DNA of 64,000 bases from Octopus vulgaris (Eukaryota). The stretch covers positions 43,834,001 to 43,898,000 of the forward strand of contig OX597832.1 of NCBI GenBank assembly GCA_951406725.2. Direction: 5' to 3'. The position numbers and the translations under genes are program-made. Below the pieces are notes generated by a model. It saw only the letters and a program-made list of their open reading frames with translations, was not told where the DNA came from and searched no databases. Below, piece by piece: positions 53,366-64,000 of this stretch; position 1 is the stretch's first letter; each line of letters begins with the position of its first letter.

Positions 53366-54024
53366 ATAAAAAAATTTAAAAAATTGAAATTTGCTTCTTA
53401 GTTTGCAAAAGAAAATAAAAATCTTGTACAAATTAGGAGTGGCTTTACTAAGGCTGGTGGATTCTCAGAATCTTTAGAGAGTCTTGCAGTATTTGTTCCA
53501 GTTTTTGTATTCTGAATTTAAATTCTACTGGGGTCAACTTTGTCTTTCAACCCTCTGGGGTTGATAAGACAAAGTACTAGCCAACTGCTTTTATCAGTTT
53601 AATTGACTAACTCCATTCTTCTTCTTCTTCTTCTCCTCCTCCTCCTTCTTCTTCTTCTTCGCCACTGCCGCCGCCACCACCACCACCGCCACCATTAAGT
53701 AGTGACAGAAATATTTGATCAGTAGACTAACTGCTTCTGTTCTGTGTCTCGAGTTCAAATCTTACCAAAATGCACTTCCTGTTCCATTTAAAGACTTGAA
53801 ATTAAATAAGTACCAGTTATCTACTGAGACAATTCAGTTTCCTCTCTCTCCCTTACAAATAATGCATGGGTAAAAAGTCATTATTGTTGTTACTGCTGCT
53901 GTGGTAGCTGTTATCAATAGTAGTGGTGATGGTGGTGGCTTAGGTAAAGTTTGAATGTTGTGCTTACTACGTATATATATGTGTAACTCAAAGCACAGTG
54001 TATGTATATATATATATATATACG

Positions 54025-54295
54025 TTTAAATATTTGTTGTGCAAGATTTTTTATGTGAAGTCGTGTGTTGAAACAGATATTGTTATATTTCGGAATGGTC
54101 ATATTGCCAGTTTAGCCAATAAAAACACACGCACTATATATTTGGTGTTAACTCTGGCTGAAATAAGATTAAGATTAATGTAAAAAATAAATATCACTGA
54201 AGCAAAATAACACAAAATATATAGTGCATGTGTTTTTATTGGCTAAACTGGCAATATGACCATTCCGAAATATAACAATTCCGAAATATAACAAT
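54025..54295 (+). mobile_element. Fold-back element between (TA)n tracts with a decayed hammerhead frame
   Basis: Inverted arms at about 54079-54150 / 54208-54279. The frame reads AAATAT-TTGTTGT-...-GAAACAGATATTGTT-ATATTT. Confidence 0.55.
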
Positions 54296-54317
54296 ATATA
54301 TATATATATTATATATA

Positions 54318-54500
54318 TAGGGAGAGTTTACGACAAAAACAAAAGATGAAGACAGGTGGTGTACAAAACAAACAGATGTATTAGTATAACGCTCAGGAAT
54401 AGAAAAAGTCTTTTACGTTTTGAGCCTACGCTCTTCTACAGAAAGGGACACAGAAACAACAAGGAGAGAAAAAATGTGTGTAGTGGCTAACAATCTATCA
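54318..54500 (-). mobile_element. Second copy of the 33178-33357 element
   Basis: The minus strand reads CTTT-CTGTAGA-A-GAGC GTAG GCTC-AAAA-CG-TA-AAAG. Confidence 0.7.
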
Positions 54501-54502
54501 TA

Positions 54503-54700
54503 GCATGGAATTTTGTCAGTGAACAGGTCGCGGTCTCAAGGCGATGAAAATATTTTGACAAATTAAATTTAAATGTTGAAGTGAATCTAACGGTTTTTGT
54601 GTGTTTCTTAAATGGCTTATAAACACTTTCCACACTGCAATTGCTTTCGTTCCAGCACACGGTCTCAGATCAGGTCACTTGCTATGCAAGTACATCTCCG

Positions 54701-54703
<3 letters not shown>
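54503..54703 (+). mobile_element. Second copy of the G3:C8 hammerhead element, ending at (TA)n
   Basis: 54512-54562 reads TTTGTCA-GTGAACA-G-GTCGC GGTCTCAAG GCGAT-GAAA-ATAT-TT-TGACAAA. Confidence 0.75.
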
Positions 54704-54762
<59 letters not shown>

Positions 54763-55637
54763 TCCAGCAGCCTCTATCAGAAAGTAAATTGAGCAATAAA
54801 ATGTCCATCCCAATGATTATAATATATTAAAACAAAAACCGGAGGAAATTCTGTTAGCTTTCTCTATTGATTCTGCACTTGATGGCTGTCAGCCTGTAAT
54901 CTGATCATTAAAACCTAAGCTAATCTGTTGAAAGTAAGTCAAATATATTTTTAATCCTAACACTATGCTTAAATCTACACCGTGTAGTTTCTTATACTTC
55001 GTTGTTAAATATCTCATTGATCTTCTATTTGAAGTAAGATGAACAGCAAACCACACAATCCACTTCCTACAGTAAATCGCAGCATTTTCGTTCCAGAAGC
55101 CTTCAAATGGCCACGAAGTAGAAACTCAAGCTTTGATTTAACTGGATATTTTTAGCAATTTAAAAATAATACAGTTCCAATTGAGGCTCAGTAAAATGTG
55201 AGGTCAAAGTTCACTAGGTCAGTTATTATATAGTCAGCAGGTCAAACTTAATACTTCTTCTTCGTCAGCGTCGTCGTCATCATCATCATCATCGTTTTTC
55301 TTTTAATTTCTGCTTTTCCATGCTTGTATAGATTGGAAGGAGTTTACTTTAATAATAATAATAATAATAATAATAATACCGTCTGATAAGGGTACACCAG
55401 GCACATGCATCACAACCATATGTGCGCAACATGGTGATCTCATATCAAAATAAACAGCACATGACCTTGCAGGTGGAGCCCAGTTAGAATTTTTTCTGGT
55501 CAAGTAACCCATCCCACTCAAAACGTCCCTAAATAAGGGTTGTTTAAGGATGTTGAATGAAACACTCATGTTTCCAGAGGTGAATTATTCAAACCCCAAA
55601 GAATCCCAATCAACACATGGCTATGATGCTCCCCCAC

Positions 55638-55677
<40 letters not shown>

Positions 55678-55678
55678 C

Positions 55679-55710
<32 letters not shown>

Positions 55711-55732
55711 TATCATTATTATTATTCTTATT

Positions 55733-55895
55733 ATTCTATGTTTGACCTTTGCTTTATATTTGTACAAGTTGGCTCCAAGTCTCACCCAGAGACCTCAAGA
55801 GACAACAGGTTGGAAGTTCACGTTGTTGTTATGCCTAGTGTGCCATATATTTGGTTGTTTTTTTTTTTTGGTGTTGTACTAGTGGATGTCTAAAG
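55733..55895 (-). mobile_element. (TAA)n-associated retroelement 3' end
   Basis: Homologous to 30243-30386. Confidence 0.75.
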
Positions 55896-56040
55896 AAAAA
55901 AAAAATTATGTTTGTTTTAAACCTTGAGATTATATAGAAAGTATTTTGCGTAGGATATGAGCAGTTCCCATGAGCACTATCTTTTGAATTTCAGCCATTT
56001 TTGGGTTTCCTGGTATCTGAGTTAGGTAGCAATCAGCCCC

Positions 56041-56097
<57 letters not shown>

Positions 56098-56134
56098 CAT
56101 TATTATTATTATTATTATTTATTATTATTAATTA

Positions 56135-56171
<37 letters not shown>

Positions 56172-56192
56172 CATTATTATCATTATTATTAA

Positions 56193-56231
<39 letters not shown>

Positions 56232-56254
56232 CATCATCATCATCATCATTATTA

Positions 56255-56327
56255 TTCAGGTCACTGCCTGGAATATAACTCGGAACCTCGTGGTTAGTAG
56301 CCCGCGCTCTTAAACCACTACGCCATA
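56255..56327 (-). mobile_element. Short tRNA-derived retroposon / tRNA pseudogene with (AAT)n tail
   Basis: TGGCGTAGTGGTTTAAGAGCGCGGGCTACTAACCACGAGGTTCCGAGTTATATTCCAGGCAGTGACCTGAATAATAAT. It has no proper acceptor stem. Confidence 0.6.
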
Positions 56328-57066
56328 ACGGTTTCAAATTTTGGCACAAGGCCAGCAATTTTAGAGGGGAGGTGTTAATGACTCTGCCAGCTCGCTACCT
56401 TAATGACAACAACAATAACAATGGCAATAAAAATAACCCAGTTCTCCATTGCCACAAACACAACTTGGAAGAGCTTAGCAGAAATAAACAATAAAAGACC
56501 CACACTATATGAAAGGATATTTATTTTTATGAGATTAACTGATTCATCATAAAATTATTATAGTCTAAATATGGAAAACTGTGTTGTTCTTGTTGGTAGT
56601 AATGGTGACGGTGGTATAGTGGTGTGTGTGGCTGTAGTAATATTGTTGTTGTTGGTGGTGGTGGTGTTGGTGGTGGTGTTGGTGGTGGTGGTGGTGGAGG
56701 TGGTGGTTATAGAGGCAGTTTGATTTGCTGCACAATCTTCAGTGTGAAGCTCATCTCTGCCCTGAGCCAATGAAGGTGTCTTTATACGATCATACTTTAT
56801 GTGGTCATACAGCAGCCAAATCATCTTTGAAGCATACTCTACCTTATTAGAAAGAAGTGACACATTGTATAAATGTGGTCTGTTTACAACTGTGCTTGGG
56901 GGCAAAAAACAAAAAAACAAACAAACAAAAAACAAAAAAAATAATAAACTGGTTGGTCATAGCTGGAATGTCTTTGACCATAGGCCTGATAAATTAGATT
57001 TGACCGGGGGCTAAGCAATAACAACAATTCAACTTTGCTTTCCTCGCTAATAATAATAATAATAAC

Positions 57067-57128
<62 letters not shown>

Positions 57129-57184
57129 TAATAATAATAATAATAATAATAATGATAATAATAATAATAATGATAATAATATAA

Positions 57185-57351
57185 TTTTCGTATGGTTCTT
57201 TAGGCATTCATTAGTACAACACTAAGTACAAAACCAAATATATGGCACCCTAGGCATAATACCAACATGAACTTCCAACTTGTTGTCTCTTGAGGTCTCT
57301 GGAGGAGATTTGGAGCCAGCTTGTGCAAATGTAAAGCAAAAGTCAAACATA

Positions 57352-57353
<2 letters not shown>
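57185..57353 (+). mobile_element. (TAA)n-associated retroelement 3' end
   Basis: Homologous to 30243-30386, with (AAT)n on both sides. Confidence 0.75.
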
Positions 57354-57416
<63 letters not shown>

Positions 57417-58049
57417 GCTTCAAATTTTGGCACAAGGCCAGCAATTTTGGAGGAGGTAAATCGATTACATCAACTCCAGTGCTCAATATACTTGGGTGTG
57501 TTTTTATAATAGCGCCAATAACAGAGAAAAGAGGGATGCCAGTGGTGACTAGAAAGAGATGCATAAACGGTGAGATGAATGATGAATGTCAATACCAGAG
57601 GTCAAGTGTATGAGATACTTGCTGGTCTGGTGAGGCCCCTTAAATCATTGTCATCATCATTTCAATGTCCTCTTTTCTGTGTTTGCATGGGCCAGATGGA
57701 ATTCATTAAGGCAGATTTTCTAAAGCCTGGATGCCCCTACAGTCACCAACCATCACCTGTTTCCAAGCAAGGTAATATTTTCCCCTTGGCCAGACATGTT
57801 TTCACGGAATACTAGAAACATTTGACACCGCTTGTATGATGGTGACACTCACTTACACCCCCTCCTGCTCATATATATGTCCAGGAGATGTTTGCCTGCA
57901 AAGGCTCAAGAGGAACATTACCAAATTCACAGATCTAAGAGGGCCTGTGAACATCATGAGCCCTGCCTTTTTCTCCAGACCCAGCAAGCAAAAAAAAAAA
58001 GGAAAAAAAGAAAAAGAATAAGACAGCAGATTGGTAGAATCACCAGGGT

Positions 58050-58351
58050 ATCAATATCTAGTAATAACCCTTTATATTCTACGTTCACATGTTAAGGTCT
58101 CCTTTGCTTTTCGTCCTTCCAGGGTCAATCCAGATTTACACAGTGTTCGTTTTAGAGATTTTCTTCTGGTCAGATTCCTTTTAAAATTGTGTTTATCATT
58201 ATCAATATTTAGAAATAACCCTTTACATTCTACGTTCAAATGCTAAGGTCTCCTTTGCTTTTCGTCCTTCCAGGGTCAATCCGGATTTACACAGTGTTCG
58301 TTTTAGAGATTTTCTTCTGGTCAGATTCCTTTTAAAATTGTGTTTATCATT
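58050..58351. repeat. 151-bp tandem duplication
   Basis: ATCAATAT.TAG.AATAACCC occurs at 58050 and 58201. Confidence 0.9.
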
Positions 58352-58798
58352 TTGAAATACCACTTTGTCATATTATGACATCCGATTCAGGTTTATATTT
58401 TCTTTTCATCTCATTCGTCTTATTTTCATTTCATTTCATTTCTAAGCAAGTTAGAGAGCACTTAAGTTATATTTATATATTTTTATATTTTGTTCAATAT
58501 TTTTTTGAGATTAAATAACAGTGTTTCATATATCAAAGCAGAAATGAACAAGAGAGTCAATTTTTGCGGAAATGAAAACTAATGTAGAAAATGAACTCCA
58601 GCATGGAAATGACTCAACATAAGCTATAAAACAAATTGATATAAACAAACCAACTGTTAGAACAATTAAATCAAAATGAAATCCGGTATATCAAAGAAAA
58701 TCAAAGCCACTACCATCACAGGATCTTCAATAAGTTTTAAATGAATACATAAATAGGTGGAGGTATGTGTGTGTGTATGTGTACATGGTGGGGGAAAA

Positions 58799-59767
58799 GG
58801 CGGCGAGCTGGCAGAAACGTTAGCACAACGGGCGAAATGCGTAGCCATATTCCATCTGCCGTTACGTTCAGAGTTCAAATTCTGCTGAGGTCGACTTTGC
58901 CTTTCATCCTTTCGGGGTTGATAAATTAAGTGCCAGTTACGCACTGGGGCCGATGTAATCGACTTAATCCCTTTGTCTGTCCTTGTTTGTCCCCTCTGTG
59001 TTTAGCCCCTTGCGGTTAGTAAAGAAATAGGTATTTCGTATGCTGCTACATTCTGAATTCAAATTCCACCAAGCTCGACTTTGCCTTTCATCCTTTCGGG
59101 GTCGATAAATTAAGTACCAGTTACGCACTGGGGTCGATGTAATCGACTTAATCCATTTGTCTGTCCTTGTTTGTCCCCTCTGTGTTTAGCCCCTTGTGAG
59201 TAGTAAAGAAATAGGTATTTCGTCTGCTGCTACGTTCTGAGTTCAAATTCCACCAAGGTCGACTTTGCCTTTCATCCATTCGGGGTCGATTAAATAAGTA
59301 CCAGTTACGGATTGGGGTCGATATAATCAACTTAATCCGTTTGTCTGTCCTTGTTTGTCCTGTCTGTGTTTAGCCTCTTGTGGGTAGTAAAGAAATAGGT
59401 GTTTCGTCTGCTGCTACGTTCTGAGTTCAAATTCCACCGAGGTCGACTTTGCCTTTCATCCATTCGGGGTCGATTAAATAAGTACCAGTTACGGATTGGG
59501 GTCGATATAATCAACTTAATCCGTTTGTCTGTCTTTGTTTGTCCTGTCTGTGTTTAGCCCCTTGTGGGTAGTAAAGAAATAGGTGTTTCGTCTGCCGTTA
59601 CGTTCTGAGTTCAAATTCCGCCGAGCTCGACTTTGCCTTTCATCCTTTCGGGGTCGATAAATTAAGTACCAGTTATGCACTGGGGTCGATGTAATTGACT
59701 TAATCCATTTGTCTGTCCTTGTTTGTCCCCTCTGTGTTTAGCCCCTTGTGGGTAGTAAAGAAATAGG
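58799..59767 (+). mobile_element. SINE family B: one head + 5 x 184-bp units
   Basis: Units start at 58848, 59032, 59216, 59400 and 59584. TSD-like GGTGGGG(G)AAAA flanks the array. Confidence 0.92.
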
Positions 59768-60225
59768 TGGGGAAAAAGTTTGCTTCCCAATCACATGGTT
59801 TGGGGTTCAGTCCCACTGTGTGGCACCTTGGGGAAAGTGTCTTCTACTATAGCTCATGGCTGAGCAAACCCTTGTGAGTGGATTTGGTAGATAGAAACTG
59901 AAAGAAGCCCAGTCATATGTATGTATGTATGTATGTGTGTACGTATACATGCACATACATACATTTTCTAACTCCCTCCATCCAAGTATATAGCATTACC
60001 TCTATGTCGGAAACCAAGATTACAACAAAATTTATGCACAGACATAGGCACTTACATAGAGACATATAACTATAAATTTTGTAGACAGGAGGAACCCTGT
60101 GATATGTACATGTGTGTGTGAATGCATAGGTATGTATTTATGTGTTTATATATCTATATCTATCTATCCATACACAGACACACACATGTGCATATATATA
60201 TATATATATATATATAAGTCAAACA

Positions 60226-60378
60226 ATATAGTGTATATTTAAACACATAAGGAATCCACTTATAGGAATTCAACATGCTAGAAAGAACAGCTAGGTTCTA
60301 TAACCACAACCTAGCTGTTCTTTCTAGCGTGTTGAATTCCTATAAGTGGATTCCTTATGTGTTTAAATATACACTATA
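60226..60378. repeat. Near-perfect ~68-bp-arm palindrome next to (TA)n
   Basis: ATATAGTGTATATTTAAACACATAAGGAATCC...AGCTAGGTT and its reverse complement. A single arm also occurs at 6842-6905. Confidence 0.88.
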
Positions 60379-60496
60379 TCGTATGACTAATATATAGTCT
60401 TTTTGATTAATTTTTTTTTTGCACGTTAGACCACTGGAAATGTAAATTTTAATTAATTTCCATTTCCCTTTGATATGATTAAATATATATATATAT

Positions 60497-60907
60497 AGGA
60501 GTGACTGTGTGGTAAGTAGCTTGCTAACCAGCCACATGGTTCCGGGTTCAGTCCCACTGCGTGGCACCTTGGGCAAGTGTCTTCTGCTATAGCCCTGGGC
60601 CGACCAATGCCTTGTGAGTGGATTTGGTAGACGGAAACTGAAAGAAGCCCATTGTATATATGTATATATATGTATATATATGTATGTGTGTGTATATGTT
60701 TGTGTGTCTGTGCTGTCCCCCTAGCATTGCTTGACAACCGATGCTGGTGTGTTTACGTCCCCGTCACTTAGCAGTTCAGCAAAAGAGACCGATAGAATAA
60801 GTACTGGGCTTACAAAGAATAAGTCCCGGGGTTGATTTGCTCGATTAAAGGCGGCGCTCCAGCATGGCCGCAGCCAAATGACTGCAACAAGTAAAAGAGT
60901 AAAAGAG
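60497..60907 (+). mobile_element. SINE family A
   Basis: Full-length match. Confidence 0.9.
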
Positions 60908-61471
60908 TATATATATATATATATTAGTACTTATACATACATACATATATATATATATATACACATACATATATAGACACACATGCATACATACACACAC
61001 ACACATACACACACACATGCTAATATCAAACAGTGAGAAGGAATGCTCAACACCACACTGGTGGATAAATGTTCCAAAATTGAGATGAATTCCAACACCT
61101 CCATAAAGCATGCTTAGACAATTGTGAAGATCTCATCACATGAAACCATTGGTTGCCTTAACCCACAAATAAAATACACACACACACATATACGTACAAG
61201 TGACAACCTTACTAGTGCTGTTGTCATGAAAAAAGCACTCAGTACACTCTGTAAAATGGTTGGCATAAGAAAGGGCATCCATCCGACTGTAGAAGCAACG
61301 CCAAAGCTGGCATGGGAGCTTAATGGTTAATGCAGTACTGCAACTTGTTGGAACTTATCAAACCATCCAACCCATGCCAGCATCGAAAACAGACAATGAT
61401 GATGATGGCGATGATGATGATGAAAATGATGATGACGATGACGACGACGATGATGGTGATGATGATGATGG

Positions 61472-61503
<32 letters not shown>

Positions 61504-61862
61504 GTGGTGGTGATGATGATATATGCATGCATATATCCACAAGCATTTGTTAAATAATCAGGTCTTTGGATAATTATCTTTTTGTAATTAAAAATTTAGT
61601 AATTAAACATTGATACAAAACTGAAAAGAAAAAAAAAAATTAAATAAAAAGGTAGAAAACTACCACGAAATAATACAGCATTATTACTTTTCTTCTTATT
61701 ATTATTGTTATTTGTAGGAGAACTTTCATCTTTGATGAACTTTAATCATTATCATTTATTTTGCAAGAAAAAACACTAGAAACATCACATTTCTGCAACA
61801 AATTTCAATTTGTTGATGCGTGTTCCTGCATGCGTGTGCTTAAGGAGTGCATATATATACGT

Positions 61863-62298
61863 GCAGGAGTGGCTGTGTGGTAAGTAGCTTGCTTACCAAC
61901 CACATGGTTCCAGGTACAGTCCCACTGCATGGCAGCTTGGGCAAGTGTCTTCTACTATAGCCTTTGGCCGACCAAAGCCTTAGAGTGGATTTGGTAGACG
62001 GAAACTGAAAGAAGCCTGTCGTATATATGTATATATATATATGTGTGTGTGTGTGTGCGTGTGTGTGTGTGTGTGTGTGTTTGTGTTTGTGTGTCTGTGT
62101 TTGTCCCCACCAACATCGCTTGACAACCAATGCTGGTGTGTTTATGTCCCCGTAAGTTAGTGGTTCGGCAAAAGAGACCGATAGAATAAGTACTAGGCTT
62201 ACAAAGAATAAGTCCTGGGGTCGATTTATTCGACTAAAAGCGGTACTCCAGCATGTCCGCAGTCAAAATGACTGAAACAAGTAAAAGAGTAAAAGGGT
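61863..62298 (+). mobile_element. SINE family A
   Basis: Full-length match. Confidence 0.9.
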
Positions 62299-62399
62299 AA
62301 CATATATATATATATATATATATATGAAGGAATCCGGAGTAGAGGTTGACCCAGGAAGACATGGGCCACCATCTGTCCTTTGTCTCTTGCATTAGACAT

Positions 62400-62592
62400 T
62401 ATCAGACGTCTTTGCATGATGTGTCAATAAAACTTATCCTGATCCACACGATTAAGTGACTGAGGTGTACCTCAAGGTTCAGTCCCATCTGTCATGCTTT
62501 TATATTTTTACATTAATGATTTGGCTACTGGCACTTCTGATCACACACAACCCTATTCAGACGATTCCAACTTTTATACCTTCTTAATTCTG
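62400..62592 (+). mobile_element. LINE reverse-transcriptase fragment (CR1/L2/Jockey group)
   Basis: From 62464 it reads GVPQGSVPSVMLLYFYINDLATGTSDHTQPYSDDSNFY, matching the QG and YxDD RT motifs. Confidence 0.8.
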
Positions 62593-62639
62593 TGTATGTG
62601 AAATTATACATACGAACACAGACACATATATACATATAA

Positions 62640-62731
<92 letters not shown>

Positions 62732-62733
62732 CA

Positions 62734-62792
<59 letters not shown>

Positions 62793-63019
62793 TCTTAAGT
62801 AGCTCCAGAAATATGAAGTCATATTGAAACTTCCTCTTAACATCACTGATGTCCAAGAATATTTTACATTCTAAGAGAATGGAATCTCTTGAGGATATTT
62901 TTTCGTGTCATTTCAATAACTTGTGCTGCACTGAATTTGGTAAGGATAAACAGAAAATACACGAAGAATTGGAATATATCAAGAATAATAGTGAATAGGT
63001 GAGAAGGAGTTGGTGGTGG

Positions 63020-63122
63020 CTGAGAGACAGACAAAGACAGAAGTAGAGAGAGAACAAGAGAAGGAGCTGGACGAAGGGAGATGGGAGGAGAGAGTGACAG
63101 AAACAGAGTGTGAGAAAAGGAC

Positions 63123-63153
<31 letters not shown>

Positions 63154-63626
63154 AAGGGACATTGAGATAGAAAGATATAGAAAGTGAAAGTAGAGAAAAT
63201 GGAGATAGCAATGAAAAAGAAAATGAGAGAGAAGGGGAAACAAAGGAAAGAAGCAGAAAGAGATAGTTAGAGAAAGAAAGAGAGAGAGAGGGCGGGAGAG
63301 AGAGACATAGAGAGAGAAGGAGAGATAGACAGAGAGATAAAAGTACAAAGAGAGAAATAGAGAGAGAAATAGGTATAAAGACGGTGAGAGAGAAAGATAA
63401 GGAGAGACAGAGGACATATAAAGAGAGATATAGAGAGAGATAGAAATAATGATAAAGAGAGAAAGAGAGAGGGGGAAAGAGACATAGATAGAGAGAAGGA
63501 GAGACAGACAAAGAGAGAAATAGAGAGAGAAATATGGAGAGAAATAGGTATAAAGAGAAAGAGAGATAGAAAGATAAGGAAAGACAGAGAGGACACGCAA
63601 AGGGAGAAGTAGAGAGAGATGAGGAT

Positions 63627-63662
<36 letters not shown>
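63020..63662. repeat. Degenerate (GA)n low-complexity tract
   Basis: Direct reading of the sequence. Confidence 0.9.
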
Positions 63663-63663
<1 letters not shown>

Positions 63664-63664
63664 T

Positions 63665-64000
63665 AACGATATATAAAAGTATGTAAAGAATTGTTTGGAA
63701 ATAAAGGAACTGGTATTGGAAAAGAAATGTCTGTGATGAAGTTCGTTATGAATAATGACAGAAATGGCAGCCAACAACAATAAACTAGAAATAAGTATGT
63801 AATAAGGCTTGAACGGAAATGAAGGTCGGAGAAATTTCAAAATGTCATCAGTTGATGTTGATTGATAACTGGGGTAAATAATAGACCTCCGTACATGTCT
63901 CGACATGAAGTGCTTAGGTGAGATTCTGGAGCATTCAGCCATAGATAAAGACACGATATCTCTTAAAGAACTCGTTCAACTTTCTTCAAACTCATTCACC
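63665..64000 (-). mobile_element. Decayed LINE ORF2 C-terminus
   Basis: YLWLNAPESHLS (one frame) and DDILKFLRPSFPFK...SVIIHNELHHRHFFSNTSS resemble the HIWAGAP.SHL and SFFPRT motifs of Jockey/Daphne-like LINEs. Confidence 0.4.

Noticed and set aside
56255-56327. Functional tRNA gene
   Set aside because: There is no acceptor stem, the T-loop is damaged, and it runs straight into (AAT)n. SINE heads elsewhere were rejected as tRNA genes for similar reasons.
62908-63954. 348-aa ORF with an apparent transmembrane segment as the first exon of the host gene
   Set aside because: Two thirds is (CT)n low complexity, there is no donor site after the unique part, and the unique part better resembles a decayed LINE C-terminus.

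Overview
AT-rich animal genomic DNA, packed with microsatellites and retroelements. The repeat families and microsatellite load suggest an octopus-type cephalopod, which is inference from recognition and not proven here. Nearly all ORFs in the supplied track are microsatellite or SINE artefacts. The only host coding sequence I can support is two minus-strand exons (46706-46557 and 35342-35194) that splice in frame and resemble the N-terminus of a CACHD1/alpha2delta-family (VWA + Cache) protein, so most of the window is probably intronic. The remainder holds several tRNA-derived SINE families, one of which forms single-headed arrays of a 184-bp unit. It also holds RTE, RLE (Dong/R4-like) and CR1/Jockey-like LINE remnants, a deleted mariner, a non-autonomous Helitron and two piggyBac-type MITEs. 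The most interesting hidden layer is several unrelated families of short, often fold-back elements at (TA)n tracts that carry minimal type I hammerhead ribozyme folds of the Penelope pseudo-LTR kind. These include non-canonical cores: a G3:C8 swap, an A6U change and an enlarged domain II. Other points of note are a tandem duplication that copies a splice acceptor of the host gene and a 30-bp-phased CCAAT array.
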